From positions 43,718 to 107,717 of the forward strand of contig CAYJLK010000002.1 in the NCBI GenBank assembly GCA_964371445.1: a DNA stretch of 64,000 nt, in the 5' to 3' direction. Below are positions 10,031-21,475 of this stretch, one piece after another (positions within the stretch are counted from its first letter, which is position 1; every line of letters begins with the position of its first letter). The notes under the pieces were generated by a model. It had not been told where the DNA came from, searched no databases, and saw only the letters and a list, made by a program, of their open reading frames with translations. This stretch comes from an uncultured Candidatus Saccharibacteria bacterium. Its GTDB lineage: Bacteria; Patescibacteriota; Minisyncoccia; Phycocordibacterales; Phycocordibacteraceae. Made by a program: the position numbers and the translations under genes.

Positions 10031-10513
10031 TTACTCCCTTCTGTCTCTTAGTTTGTTTCCCATATCTTTTCGAGCAATCTCAATCTGTTCTGGGGTGACG
10101 CGAAGCTCGCCCTTCACCTCTTCTGCTCCTGTCCTACGCATTTCTTCCTCAACGATACCTCGTGACTTCGTGTATGCTTCTTCACTCTGTTCCTTCTCCA
10201 TCTCTGCGCCCGAGGAGAAAAGCTTTGCCTCTTTCTTTAAAGCTTTTGCATTCAGAGCAGCACCCATTCCTGTGAAAATACCTCCAGCACCAGCTAAGGG
10301 GTTGCCGGTGAGGGTTGCCGCAACTCCAAGTGAAGTCGCGACGGCTGAAATTCCAAGTGAAGCCTTAGCCATGGTTCTCTTCTTTTTTGCGTCTATTTCC
10401 ATCTCCTTGCTATCTTCTGCACGCATGTCTCCAACATGAGCCGCCGTGACAAATTCTCTTCGCTTCTCTCTCGGAACGAATGGCTCGTCCTTTCTGTTTG
10501 GTATTTTTTCCAT
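10031..10513 (-). CDS. Orphan hypothetical protein with a central hydrophobic hairpin
   Basis: Open frame, TATACT just upstream, AT-richer than flanks, Gly/Ala-rich hydrophobic segments. Confidence 0.7.
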   Translation of the reverse strand: MEKIPNRKDEPFVPREKRREFVTAAHVGDMRAEDSKEMEIDAKKKRTMAKASLGISAVATSLGVAATLTGNPLAGAGGIFTGMGAALNAKALKKEAKLFSSGAEMEKEQSEEAYTKSRGIVEEEMRRTGAEEVKGELRVTPEQIEIARKDMGNKLRDRRE

Positions 10514-10540
10514 GCCCATGAGTATACCACCGGCAAAAAC

Positions 10541-10568
10541 ACACAACCGCCCTTATGGGCGGTTGTGT
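10541..10568 (-). terminator. Intrinsic terminator after rpsJ
   Basis: ACACAACCGCCC-TTAT-GGGCGGTTGTGT hairpin followed by a T tract on the minus strand. Confidence 0.65.
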
Positions 10569-10641
10569 TCCGCGGAGCCACGCCCGCTTATTGTTTAAGT
10601 TAGGACAGACTCGCAGCTTTTTGTGTTTTCTTGGTCGTCGC

Positions 10642-11058
10642 TTAAACCATTTTCACATCTATCGTGACGCCGCTTGGGAGATTGAGGTTCGTGAGGGCCT
10701 CGATTACCTTCGGGGAGGGGTTCATGATGTCGATGAGGCGCTTATGGACGCGCATCTCGAACTGCTCTCTCGCGTCCTTATGGACGAAGGTCGAGCGGTT
10801 GACTGTCCAACGCTTGATCTCGGTCGGAAGCGGCACAGGTCCGACGACCGTCGCGTCGAAACGCGCTGCGGTGTCCATAATCTGCTTTACCGAGAGATCG
10901 AGAATCTTGTGCTCATAGGCACGGACGCGGATGCGGAGCTTGTGCTCCACCGGGACCACTGCGGCTACCTTCTTCGCGGCGCGCTTGCCCTCCGTAGCTT
11001 TCGCGGAGGAGGACTTCGGAGCGGCCTTCGCTTTCGGTTTTGCTGTCGCTGTTGCCAT
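10642..11058 (-). CDS. rpsJ: 30S ribosomal protein uS10 with Lys/Ala-rich N-terminal extension
   Basis: GPVPLPT and REQFEMRVHKRLIDI. Confidence 0.97.
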   Translation of the reverse strand: MATATAKPKAKAAPKSSSAKATEGKRAAKKVAAVVPVEHKLRIRVRAYEHKILDLSVKQIMDTAARFDATVVGPVPLPTEIKRWTVNRSTFVHKDAREQFEMRVHKRLIDIMNPSPKVIEALTNLNLPSGVTIDVKMV

Positions 11059-11080
11059 ATGAGTAATAATCCAGCCTGGC

Positions 11081-12280
<1,200 letters not shown>

Positions 12281-12494
12281 ATCGGTTAATTTATTCTGTT
12301 AAATCACGAATAATTCCGACGTGAGTCGGAACAAACTCCTAAGCTTGCCGACTCACAAAAGCAGACAAGCCAAAGAGCGACGCCAAGATGCGTTACCTAT
12401 GAATGTACCCGAGCCCGCCTAAAAGTGCAAGAGTTTGGAAAAGAAAAAAGCGGAAGGGTTCCCTCCGCTTTGTGGCGCCTCTGGCGCCGGTGCT

Positions 12495-12839
12495 TCATGC
12501 TTTTTTTGCCTCTTCCTTGGCTTTCGGCTTGACGGCTTCGGCCTTTGCCGGCTTCGCGTCGGCGGGCTTGGCGTCTTTTGCCTTCTTGACCTTCTTGGCC
12601 TTTTTCGCCTTCTTGTCTTTCTTGACTTCTTTCTTGTCGACCTTGGCGACCGCAGTCTTGGCGACGGCCTGGGACTTGTCGGCCTTGGCTGCAGCGAGCG
12701 TCGGCGCCGGCGTTGGCGGCTTGACGGTCACGGCCTTGACGGTGGCGGTCTGGGTCTTACCGTCCTGGGCGGCGGCGGCCGGCAGGGCGAGGGCGGAAGC
12801 TATGGCGATGGACGAAAGGAACAATAATGTGCGTTTCAC
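12495..12839 (-). CDS. Secreted Lys/Ala-rich low-complexity protein
   Basis: AAGGAGG Shine-Dalgarno before GTG 12839; signal peptide ending AAAA-Q; KKAK/AKPA repeats. Confidence 0.75.
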   Translation of the reverse strand: MKRTLLFLSSIAIASALALPAAAAQDGKTQTATVKAVTVKPPTPAPTLAAAKADKSQAVAKTAVAKVDKKEVKKDKKAKKAKKVKKAKDAKPADAKPAKAEAVKPKAKEEAKKA

Positions 12840-12921
12840 TTGAACCTCCTTTGGGAACACCCAACAATTATGGGTACCCCGGATACTACACCTCTTTTGT
12901 TCCTTGTAAAGGACCCTTCGA

Positions 12922-12955
12922 ACACAGCGGCCGCCCCCCCGGGCGGCCGCTGTGT
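12922..12955. repeat. 15-bp perfect inverted repeat
   Basis: ACACAGCGGCCGCCC-CCCC-GGGCGGCCGCTGTGT between divergent ORFs. Confidence 0.8.
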
Positions 12956-12984
12956 GTGCATAAGGATATGCTAGTCTTTATGTT

Positions 12985-13167
12985 ATGGAGATATTGATTG
13001 GCTTGGTTCTGGCGATTTTAGGAATTCCGCTCTTAGTATTTGGGATTCTGATGTTTATTAAATCGGACGGTTGGCTCTTTTTCACTAAAGCACTATTAGT
13101 AATCCTCATTGGTCTCTTGTTATCCACGACATCCTTTGTATTTCTGAGCGACGGGTTTGGGTTTTGA
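12985..13167 (+). CDS. Small two-TM membrane protein
   Basis: 60 aa with two hydrophobic helices; AT-rich. Confidence 0.6.
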   Translation: MEILIGLVLAILGIPLLVFGILMFIKSDGWLFFTKALLVILIGLLLSTTSFVFLSDGFGF

Positions 13168-13191
13168 TGGAATTTCTTACTTACTACTTAA

Positions 13192-13491
13192 ATGAATACT
13201 GAAATTCGTAATGCCATAATTAAGTTGTTCGACAAACATGCGAGTCGTTCTCAAGATTGGTTAGTGTCGGAGATTCGTGATTTGGGGTTAGTCGATACAG
13301 ATGGTAGAGAAGTTGTCCGAACAATAGGGTTGATGGAAGATGCGGGAGAATTGCAGAAATTAGATATAGGGGTTTATCGACTTACTCTCAAAGCGATAGA
13401 AGCAGAGGCTCCTTGGTTACAAAAATGCAAAAATTATATAATCAAGAATTGGCTCGCTTTAGTGGCACTGATTATCGCCCTATTTAAGTAA
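13192..13491 (+). CDS. Hypothetical protein, possible winged-helix fold plus C-terminal membrane anchor
   Basis: 99 aa; pattern LMEDAGEL...GVYRLT; hydrophobic C-terminus; AT-rich. Confidence 0.6.
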   Translation: MNTEIRNAIIKLFDKHASRSQDWLVSEIRDLGLVDTDGREVVRTIGLMEDAGELQKLDIGVYRLTLKAIEAEAPWLQKCKNYIIKNWLALVALIIALFK

Positions 13492-13509
13492 CGCGGTTTT
13501 TGAAGCCTT

Positions 13510-15657
13510 TTATTTGCGCGATGCGATGATGTCGTCCGCGACGTTCTTCGGGACCGTATCATAATGATCGAACTCCATCGTCATCGAGCCACGGCCTTCG
13601 GTCATCGAGCGAAGCGTGGTGGTGTAGCCGAACATTTCAGAAAGCGGGACCTTCGCGTGGACTACCTTGTTCATGCCGCGCTCTTCCATACCTTCTATCT
13701 GAGCGCGCTTGCCGGAGAGATTGCCGGTGATGTCGCCCATGAACTGATCCGGCACGATGACTTCGACGCGCATGATCGGTTCGAGGATGACCGGCTTCGC
13801 CTTCTGTGCCGCTTCCTTAAACGCCATCGAAGCCGCAATCTTGAAGGCGATTTCCGACGAGTCGACATCGTGGTAACTGCCGTCGTAGAGGTCGACTGAG
13901 ACGTCGACCATCGGGAAGCCGGCGAGGAAGCCGCGCGACATCGCTTCGCGGAGCCCCTTCTCCACTGGTGTGATGAACTCCTGAGGAATGACACCGCCCT
14001 TGATGTTGTTGATGAATTCGAAATGATCCTCGCGCATGACGTTCTTTGCAACCTTCTTCTCCGGATCCACCGGTTCCATCTTTTTCATGCGGATCTTCAC
14101 ATGACCATACTGGCCGCGGCCGCCGGTCTGCTTGATGTACTTCCCTTCCGCCTCCGAAGATCCGAGAATCGTCTCGCGATACGCCACTTGCGGCTTTCCT
14201 ACATCGGCAACAACGTTGAACTCGCGCTTCATACGGTCGACGAGAATTTCCAAATGCAGTTCGCCCATGCCTGAGATGATGGTCTCGTTCGTCTCTTCAT
14301 CAGTCTTGATGCGGAAGGTCGGGTCCTCATCCGAGAGCTTGCGTAGCGCAACACCCATCTTCTCCTGATCGGCCTTGGTCTTGGGCTCGATGCGAAGCGA
14401 TACCACCGGCTCGGGGAACTTGATCTCCTCGAGCATGATCGGATTCGCTTCATCGCAGAGCGTGTGCGACGTTTTCGTATCTTTGAGGCCGACGGCGGCG
14501 GCAATCTCGCCCGTGAACACCTGGGAGACTTCTTCGCGCTTATCGGCCTGGAGCCGGACGATGCGGCTAATGCGCTCTTTAGAGCCTGTCGTCGAGTTAT
14601 AGACGTACGAGCCGGCGGTGAGCGTGCCCGAATACACACGGAAGAAGGTCAGCGCGCCGACGAACGGGTCGGTCTGGAGCTTGAAGGCGAGCGCGCAGAA
14701 CGGCTCGTCGTCGTTTGCATGGCGTTCGATCGGCTCACCGGTCTTCGGGTTCGTGCCGGTGGCGGGCGGGAGGTCGAGCGGAGACGGGAGATAGTCGACG
14801 ACGGCGTCGAGCACGAGCTGGACGCCTTTGTTCTTAAGCGCCGAGCCCGTGTATACCGGGAAGACTTCGTTTGCGATGACCGCCTTGCGTAATATATTTT
14901 TCAATTCATCCACGCTCGGCTCTGTGCCCTCGAGGTACGCGCCCATCGCGGCATCATCGTTCTCGACGATGCGTTCGACGAGCTCGGCACGATACTTCTT
15001 CGCGTCTTCGAGAAGATTCGCCGGTATGTCCCCTTCGATGACATCCTCACCCATATTCCCCGAAAAGGTATATGCCTTCATCGTGAGCAGGTCGACGCAC
15101 CCTTCATGTGCGGACTCTTCGCCGATAGGGATCTGCATGCGAATAGCCTTCGGCGAGAGCCGATCGAGGATGCTCGCGTAGGAACGCTCGAAGGATGCTC
15201 CCGTGCGATCGAGCTTGTTGATGAAGCAGACACGCGGCACCTGAGCCTCGTCGGCATAACGCCAGTTGGTCTCGGACTGCGGCTCCACGCCCGCGACACC
15301 GTCGAAGACGACGATAGCACCGTCAAGCACGCGCATCGAGCGCTTCACTTCAGCAGTGAAATCGATATGTCCCGGCGTGTCGATAACATTGAAACGGAAT
15401 TTCTTCGCCGTATCCTTCTTGTCCTTCTCGCCCGTCTTCGTCCAGAAACAGGTGATAGCGGCGGCGGTGATGGTGATGCCGCGTTCGCGCTCCTGTTCCA
15501 TCCAGTCGGTGGTCGTCTCGCCCTCATGCACCTCGCCGATCTTGTGCTGAGAACCCGTATAGAAAAGGACGCGCTCGCTGGTGGTCGTCTTCCCCGCGTC
15601 AATGTGCGCGATGATGCCGAAATTGCGTACTTTCTCGAGCGGATAGTCTCTGTTCAT
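13510..15657 (-). CDS. fusA: Elongation factor G
   Basis: [14 protein letters not shown] and GMGELHL; start at ATG 15657 (MNRDYPLEK). Confidence 0.98.
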   Translation of the reverse strand: MNRDYPLEKVRNFGIIAHIDAGKTTTSERVLFYTGSQHKIGEVHEGETTTDWMEQERERGITITAAAITCFWTKTGEKDKKDTAKKFRFNVIDTPGHIDFTAEVKRSMRVLDGAIVVFDGVAGVEPQSETNWRYADEAQVPRVCFINKLDRTGASFERSYASILDRLSPKAIRMQIPIGEESAHEGCVDLLTMKAYTFSGNMGEDVIEGDIPANLLEDAKKYRAELVERIVENDDAAMGAYLEGTEPSVDELKNILRKAVIANEVFPVYTGSALKNKGVQLVLDAVVDYLPSPLDLPPATGTNPKTGEPIERHANDDEPFCALAFKLQTDPFVGALTFFRVYSGTLTAGSYVYNSTTGSKERISRIVRLQADKREEVSQVFTGEIAAAVGLKDTKTSHTLCDEANPIMLEEIKFPEPVVSLRIEPKTKADQEKMGVALRKLSDEDPTFRIKTDEETNETIISGMGELHLEILVDRMKREFNVVADVGKPQVAYRETILGSSEAEGKYIKQTGGRGQYGHVKIRMKKMEPVDPEKKVAKNVMREDHFEFINNIKGGVIPQEFITPVEKGLREAMSRGFLAGFPMVDVSVDLYDGSYHDVDSSEIAFKIAASMAFKEAAQKAKPVILEPIMRVEVIVPDQFMGDITGNLSGKRAQIEGMEERGMNKVVHAKVPLSEMFGYTTTLRSMTEGRGSMTMEFDHYDTVPKNVADDIIASRK

Positions 15658-15786
15658 AAAATGGGTAAAAAATAAAAGCGCCGTGGCGTTATTGCTAAGA
15701 CTACTACCAAACGAGCTGAGTGACAAATGCGTGTCTGCACATATTTGTCCGAAGCGAGTGCAGGGAGGAAGCTCGGCTCTGCGAGC

Positions 15787-16251
15787 TTACCAAGCGAAAT
15801 GGGCAAAGGCCTTGTTCGCGTCCGCCATGCGGTGCATCTCATCCTTCTTCTTGATCGCGTCGCCTTCGTTCTTGGCGGCGAGGAGAAGTTCGGCGGCGAG
15901 CTTCTCGGCCATCGGCTTCCCTTTCTTCGCGCGCGCAGCGCCGATGAGCCAGCGGAAGGAGAGCGCCAGGCGGCGGGACTGCGGGACTTCACGTGGCACC
16001 TGGTAGTTGGCGCCGCCGACGCGGCGGGAACGCACTTCCATAAGCGGCGAGACGTTGCGAAGCGCGGATTCAAACGTCTCAAGCGGGTTTGCACCGCCCT
16101 TCTCTATCTCAGCGAGAGCGCCATAGACAACAGCGCGTGCCGTATCCTTCTTCCCGCTCCACATAACGGCATTGATGAAACGAGTCAGCGTCTCAGAACC
16201 GTACTTGAGGTCCGGTCGCCAGGTGCGCTTTTTCTTTAACGGACGTCTCAT
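15787..16251 (-). CDS. rpsG: 30S ribosomal protein uS7
   Basis: RRVGGANYQVP and ANKAFAHF. Confidence 0.97.
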   Translation of the reverse strand: MRRPLKKKRTWRPDLKYGSETLTRFINAVMWSGKKDTARAVVYGALAEIEKGGANPLETFESALRNVSPLMEVRSRRVGGANYQVPREVPQSRRLALSFRWLIGAARAKKGKPMAEKLAAELLLAAKNEGDAIKKKDEMHRMADANKAFAHFAW

Positions 16252-16252
16252 A

Positions 16253-16660
16253 TTACTTCGGGCGCTTCGCACCGTAACGCGAACGCGAACGACGGCGCTT
16301 CTCGATGCCGCTCGTGTCGAGCTTGCCGCGTATAATGGTGTACTGCACGCCGATATCCTTCACGCGGCCGCCGCGAAGCATCACCACCGAGTGTTCCTGG
16401 AGGTTGTGCCCTTCGCCGGGGATGTAGGCCGTAACTTCCATCCCGTTCGTGAGGCGGACACGGGCGATCTTGCGGATAGCGGAGTTCGGCTTTCTCGGGG
16501 TCTTCGTCGTCACCTTGGTGCAGACGCCGCGCTTGAAGGGAGAGGGATAGAACGTCGGACGATTCGAGAGTGCATTAAAACCGCGAGCAAGCGCCGGCTT
16601 GCTCGTCTTCGACGATTTCGACTTGCGGCCCTTCTTGGAGAGCTGATTGATGGTAGACAT
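16253..16660 (-). CDS. rpsL: 30S ribosomal protein uS12
   Basis: [10 protein letters not shown] and [14 protein letters not shown]; start at ATG 16660. Confidence 0.98.
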   Translation of the reverse strand: MSTINQLSKKGRKSKSSKTSKPALARGFNALSNRPTFYPSPFKRGVCTKVTTKTPRKPNSAIRKIARVRLTNGMEVTAYIPGEGHNLQEHSVVMLRGGRVKDIGVQYTIIRGKLDTSGIEKRRRSRSRYGAKRPK

Positions 16661-16730
16661 GTATTTGAAAACCCGCGAACGCGGGATAGAGGCACTATAT
16701 ATAATAGTGCGACAGAACGCAACTCCGACG

Positions 16731-17525
16731 CTAGTGGTCAATAGGTTCGCGGTATGGATCAACGCTATAGGGTTTGGCCGGAGCGGGGGGCTCTGCGGGA
16801 GTCGAAGGGACGGTCTTCGGCGAAGCCGATGATTCGACTTTGGGAACGACCACGAAAGGGGCGCGGGCTCCGGCGGGGATAGGGCGCGGCTGAATCGGCG
16901 CGGCTTTCGGAATGTGAGGTTCGACCTTGGGTAATATGGGCGAAGGTCGAACCTCGGGGACCGCGACCGATGGCATCGCACCTGGAAGATTCGCCTGCGG
17001 CGCAGGAGGCATTGACGCCTGCTTAAACTCGATATGCGGCTCTTCATGGTCCTCGAGCATCCTGTTATTCGGCGTCATCGTGACGGCGGCCAGCACATCT
17101 CGCAGAGCGGGTCGTTTGCTCACTCCAGCGGGAATCTTATTTTCCAAATGAAAATGGCTCGGAGGCTGCACAGCCGGCTGAGGCGCATTCCCCATACCAT
17201 TCTTCCTCTCTTCTTCCTGCAGCGGAACAAAAATCTGACTATTCACGTCCCGCACGATACCGTTAATAACTTGTTGGCCGAGTTGAGCTTCATCGGTGAG
17301 CACTTTAATGAATTCGTCGGGGTTCTCGATGCCCATCAGGAGCAGCATAATCTCCCGCTCGAGCACTCCCGCCTGATCGATGCGGAGCGCGTACTTCGCC
17401 ATCAATCCCCGCGCGACCACCGTATACTTCCCTTGTACAAGGTACGCGCGTATCACCGGCGGCAAGGTCTGCATCACCTGCTTGATGCTTTCTTCGAGTG
17501 TCAGTTCCGATTGGTCTTGGTTCAT
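16731..17525 (-). CDS. Hypothetical protein: helical N-domain, Pro-rich linker, DPYREPI tail
   Basis: Last gene of a tightly packed operon; long open frame. Confidence 0.8.
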   Translation of the reverse strand: MNQDQSELTLEESIKQVMQTLPPVIRAYLVQGKYTVVARGLMAKYALRIDQAGVLEREIMLLLMGIENPDEFIKVLTDEAQLGQQVINGIVRDVNSQIFVPLQEEERKNGMGNAPQPAVQPPSHFHLENKIPAGVSKRPALRDVLAAVTMTPNNRMLEDHEEPHIEFKQASMPPAPQANLPGAMPSVAVPEVRPSPILPKVEPHIPKAAPIQPRPIPAGARAPFVVVPKVESSASPKTVPSTPAEPPAPAKPYSVDPYREPIDH

Positions 17526-17532
17526 AGTTTAA

Positions 17533-19695
17533 TTAGTGCGCGCCTTCGGGCTTCGGCGGCTCCTCTTTCTTTTCCTCTACTGGTTTCTCGCTTCCAGATT
17601 TCTCTTCAACATCTTCCAGTTCTTTCGCCATTTTTTTCGCTGCATCGAGGAACTTATCTTTGGTCGGTTTTTCTTTCAAAGATTCCTTAATCTTCCGTGC
17701 CGCAGCTGAGCTATCGGGGCCGTAGGTGATAAAGGTCACCGGATTAAGCGGGATGCTAATACCCTCAGCATAGGCAGTCTTGCTCGCCTTTATTGCACCA
17801 CTCAACCTGTCTTTTGGAGCTTTTTCTGCCGCCTCGTTCGCCTTCTTTGCACTAGTTTCTGCGACTGCAGCAGCTTCGAGGTCTTTTGCGGCCGCACCAA
17901 GTTTCGAAGTCACTGTAGCAAAGTTCGTCTTAACCAATTCGAGATTCTGTTGTGCCGCCCGAAGAGCAGAACCGACACTCGAGGGTCGCCCAGCGGTTCT
18001 ATCGGCCTTGTCTATAGCTGAAAGTCGTGCAACTTCGGCTTCGTTCCGTCTCATCACCACCTCCGCAGCGTCATACTCTTGCCGCGTCTTATTCTTTAAT
18101 CCCTCGGCTGTTCCTTTCGCCCTTGTCGCATCTTCGAGCGTCTTTTTCGCTTGCGCAATGCTTGTCAACTCAGACGAAGTCTCTCGGTGAGCGTCTTTGT
18201 GGGCAGTTTCAATATACTTCGCTTCCTCTTCATGCGCCTTGATGTTCTTGTTGCGGGCTTCTACGAAACCTCCCTTCTGCGCCTCTCCAGCTTCAATGCC
18301 GCCGCCGGGGAACTTCTTCAGCGCACCCGACCCGCGTATATCAAAGCTCCCTGTTGCAACATGATCGAGAGTTCCTGTCATCACGCGGCCTGTGAGCGCG
18401 TTTACCTTGTTGAACGTCTTGCTCTGCCTCAATCCACGAGAAGCAAAATATGCGCCTCGTCCGAGAGTCCGGTTCACTCCCCACGCGGTGGCACCGAAGG
18501 TGAGCGCCCCGGCGCTCTTCGACGCCCAGCCGGCGCCGGCGGCAGAGAGCTTCTTCGAGAAGAGGACGACGGCGAGCAGGAGCCCCATCGCGACGAAGAA
18601 GGAGAGCATCATGCTCGCGAAGCCGGCGAAGTTCCCTGACACGTAACCAAGCCAATTCGAGGAACAGGAAGTGTTCGTGGAACCCGCAGACGGTTGACAG
18701 AGGCCGGTGAGAAAATTGACGTCCGTGATGACGGCGAGCGCGATATAGAGCGTGAGGAGCAGGACGGGCGCAGTGATGGTCTGCTCGGCGAGCTCGCTCC
18801 ACCACTTCTTCGCCTGAGCTTCGAGCTTGGGCACGGCGAGCCCCGCGAAGCCGACCGGCGAGAGAATGATGAGGAAGATGAGCACAACAAACCGCGCAAT
18901 AAGAATGAAGGCGAGCGAGAACATCACGAACGCGGTGATGATAAAGAGCAGGATGCCCATGAAGCCGATGATCCAGGAATTCCCGGCCTTGAATACCGAT
19001 GTGTTCGTCCTTACATCATAAAGAGTCTGGAGTCCGAGCTGACCCATGATCTTGTTGCTGATCCCCTCACTTGAGGGAGACATGCTGTTCATGTCTTGAG
19101 GGGTCGGTAGCTTGCCGCCGTTAATCTGCGTATAGAATTGTGTCGCGAAGAGGTTGCCAGTGTCGATAATTGCTTCAGATATAAAAAGGGAAAAATTGAG
19201 GAAGACTGCGGCGATGAGCATCATGGGGATCATCTTCTTCCCCCATCCGTAGAGGTCGTAATTGATGATTGTCGCGATGCCGGCGAAGAGGAAGCCGAAG
19301 ATGAGCATGATGTTCCCGATGTCGCGAAGGATGCGCCAGGTGACACCAATGGCGGAGAGGTTATTCACATAGTCCCCCATCGTGACGACGGTGTAGTAGA
19401 CCGCGTAGTTGAGGGTGACGGCCGCGACGCCGACGAGCCACGCGAAGAGGCTCATGATCCAGATCATCACCTGGCTGAACCCTTCGCTGTTGTCGGGGTT
19501 CTTCGGCAAGTCGGTTGCTGTCTTTGCGGCTTCTGCGAATCCGCTGACTGCGGCCTGATTAGCTTGTTGTTCAGTAAGGGGGCTGTCGACCAGGGCTTCG
19601 AACTGCGCATGCGCGGCGGGCGCTAATGCGCCCGCCGTCATGACGAGCGAGAGAGCGGCGAATGAAATAAGAAAGAAATGTCGCATATCAGCCAC
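17533..19695 (-). CDS. Polytopic membrane protein, VirB6/TrbL-like, with coiled-coil C-terminus
   Basis: Many TM segments; WRILRDIGN and RFVVLIFLIILSPVGFAG...WW pattern resembling VirB6/TrbL membrane cores. Confidence 0.65.
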   Translation of the reverse strand: MADMRHFFLISFAALSLVMTAGALAPAAHAQFEALVDSPLTEQQANQAAVSGFAEAAKTATDLPKNPDNSEGFSQVMIWIMSLFAWLVGVAAVTLNYAVYYTVVTMGDYVNNLSAIGVTWRILRDIGNIMLIFGFLFAGIATIINYDLYGWGKKMIPMMLIAAVFLNFSLFISEAIIDTGNLFATQFYTQINGGKLPTPQDMNSMSPSSEGISNKIMGQLGLQTLYDVRTNTSVFKAGNSWIIGFMGILLFIITAFVMFSLAFILIARFVVLIFLIILSPVGFAGLAVPKLEAQAKKWWSELAEQTITAPVLLLTLYIALAVITDVNFLTGLCQPSAGSTNTSCSSNWLGYVSGNFAGFASMMLSFFVAMGLLLAVVLFSKKLSAAGAGWASKSAGALTFGATAWGVNRTLGRGAYFASRGLRQSKTFNKVNALTGRVMTGTLDHVATGSFDIRGSGALKKFPGGGIEAGEAQKGGFVEARNKNIKAHEEEAKYIETAHKDAHRETSSELTSIAQAKKTLEDATRAKGTAEGLKNKTRQEYDAAEVVMRRNEAEVARLSAIDKADRTAGRPSSVGSALRAAQQNLELVKTNFATVTSKLGAAAKDLEAAAVAETSAKKANEAAEKAPKDRLSGAIKASKTAYAEGISIPLNPVTFITYGPDSSAAARKIKESLKEKPTKDKFLDAAKKMAKELEDVEEKSGSEKPVEEKKEEPPKPEGAH

Positions 19696-21475
19696 CGGTA
19701 GCCTGAACTACATATAAGGATGAGTTTGGATTACAGACCGTCGTCTTGAGTGCCGCCGCATTCGTCGTGATGAGAATCATCCGATCAAGGATCGACCCTC
19801 CTGAGACAGTGAGGGAGCCCGCCGGAGCGGCATCGGCAATCCCAAACGCCTCCGCCTCTTGCTGAGCGTTCCCGACATCCGTCATAGTTGGCGCCATTGC
19901 CTGGAGCGCCTGCACATCGGCAATATATGCATCTCCCTTCGGATCGACACCCGAGTTCAATTCGGCTTGGACCTTCTGCACCGCCGCACGTGCAGCGGCG
20001 ATAATCACATCTGCTGCCGCCGCTTGTGAGAAGACCGAGGCGATCTCGCCCGTAGACGCGAGCGCCGCCTTCGCCGTCACCGCCTGCGCCCGCGCAGCAT
20101 CGATAAAGACGGTGTGGACGCTGTTCAAGTCTGTCCCCGACCAGAGTCGATTGCCGAATTCGTCAACCGCATTTAGCGCATCGCGTGCGGCAGTATCGGC
20201 GGCGGCAGTGCAGTAGTTCGCGAGAGAGACGACGCTCGTCGAAGCAGTCTCTGCCGATGTCTGTAACGAGTTCCACGCCGATTCATACTGCGTGATGCGG
20301 CTTGTCAGATCAGAACCGGATATCGGAGAACTTGCGGCGGTCTGATAAATAGAAGCGTTCGAGGCTCCGAGAGAACCCGACGCCCTCTCATATTCCATAA
20401 GCCGGGAGGTCGAGTTCGACCCGGCAGGTTGGTCGATGCCGAAGAGTCCTCCTGACTCCGAACCACCGAGAATCTCTACCGCGAAATTCACGGTCTTCAT
20501 GACCGTTGCGATATTTCCCAAGATGCTATTAATCTCGGGACCGACGTTGCCCATGCGCGTGATGATGTCCTGCTGGCCGCCGAGTATTTTATTAAGGGTT
20601 CCCACGATGACCGAACCAGGGGTCTTGATGGTGCCCTGCGTGCCGTCCTTGTTGGTGCAAGGGTCTCCGGGATTGACGCCCTCCATCGCCGTACCGTCAT
20701 TATCTTCGGTAGTGGTCTGGTCGCTGGCGCCGCACCATGAGGCGAAGCCCTGGCCCCAGCTCAATTCTGCGAGGCGCGCGCCGGTGGCGCCGCCGACGCC
20801 TGGTCCGACGAGATCCCCGAGCTTGCTCTGCGCGGCCGGATAGAGCGTATAGGGATTATTCTCCGTCCGCGTCGTGAGGGCGAACCATGCGGCTATGCCG
20901 CCTTGCGACCAATTCCCCGTGAGAAAACTCGGTCGGTACGAGGGCGTCGAGGCGGCGAGCGTATTCATATTTTCTGCCCAGAAGCCGGCGAGACTCGTCT
21001 TGGCGAGATAGTTGGTGCGGAGCGAAGAGGCAATCGAAGAGGCGAATGGCGAATTCGAATTCCGCCCGAATTGGTCGAAGAATCCGAGCGCCCGCGCATC
21101 TCCCACCGTCTGCAGAGACTTCTGCACATCCACTACAAATTGCGGAATGCCGGTGCCGTTTGCCTTGCCGATGACGAAATTTATAATGCCGGCAGTGAGC
21201 ATCTTCATCAGGTTCCCCGAGAGGACAAAGGCGAGCGGCTGGAGCACATAGGCATTGATCTGTTGGGCAGTCGTCGCCCACGCAGTGGTGGCAGTATTTA
21301 CCGAGGTGAGCGTGCTCTTAAGCGCGGTGATGGTACTCTGAAACAGATTCTTCCCGACCTCTACGACCGCGTACTGTGCATGCACTCTCTGCGGTAAAAC
21401 AAGAAATGCCGAAGGCGCGATGAGTGTGACCGTGAGGAGTATTGCGAGTGCAGAAGAGAAGAAGCGCGGCATCAT
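19688..21475 (-). CDS. Large secreted hypothetical protein
   Basis: Signal peptide ending VHA-Q; Ala/Ser/Thr-rich; overlaps both neighbours. Confidence 0.8.
   Translation of the reverse strand: MMPRFFSSALAILLTVTLIAPSAFLVLPQRVHAQYAVVEVGKNLFQSTITALKSTLTSVNTATTAWATTAQQINAYVLQPLAFVLSGNLMKMLTAGIINFVIGKANGTGIPQFVVDVQKSLQTVGDARALGFFDQFGRNSNSPFASSIASSLRTNYLAKTSLAGFWAENMNTLAASTPSYRPSFLTGNWSQGGIAAWFALTTRTENNPYTLYPAAQSKLGDLVGPGVGGATGARLAELSWGQGFASWCGASDQTTTEDNDGTAMEGVNPGDPCTNKDGTQGTIKTPGSVIVGTLNKILGGQQDIITRMGNVGPEINSILGNIATVMKTVNFAVEILGGSESGGLFGIDQPAGSNSTSRLMEYERASGSLGASNASIYQTAASSPISGSDLTSRITQYESAWNSLQTSAETASTSVVSLANYCTAAADTAARDALNAVDEFGNRLWSGTDLNSVHTVFIDAARAQAVTAKAALASTGEIASVFSQAAAADVIIAAARAAVQKVQAELNSGVDPKGDAYIADVQALQAMAPTMTDVGNAQQEAEAFGIADAAPAGSLTVSGGSILDRMILITTNAAALKTTVCNPNSSLYVVQATGG

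Noticed and set aside
13121-13129. Isolated near-consensus DnaA boxes (here, and near 38619)
   Set aside because: Single mismatched copies are expected by chance
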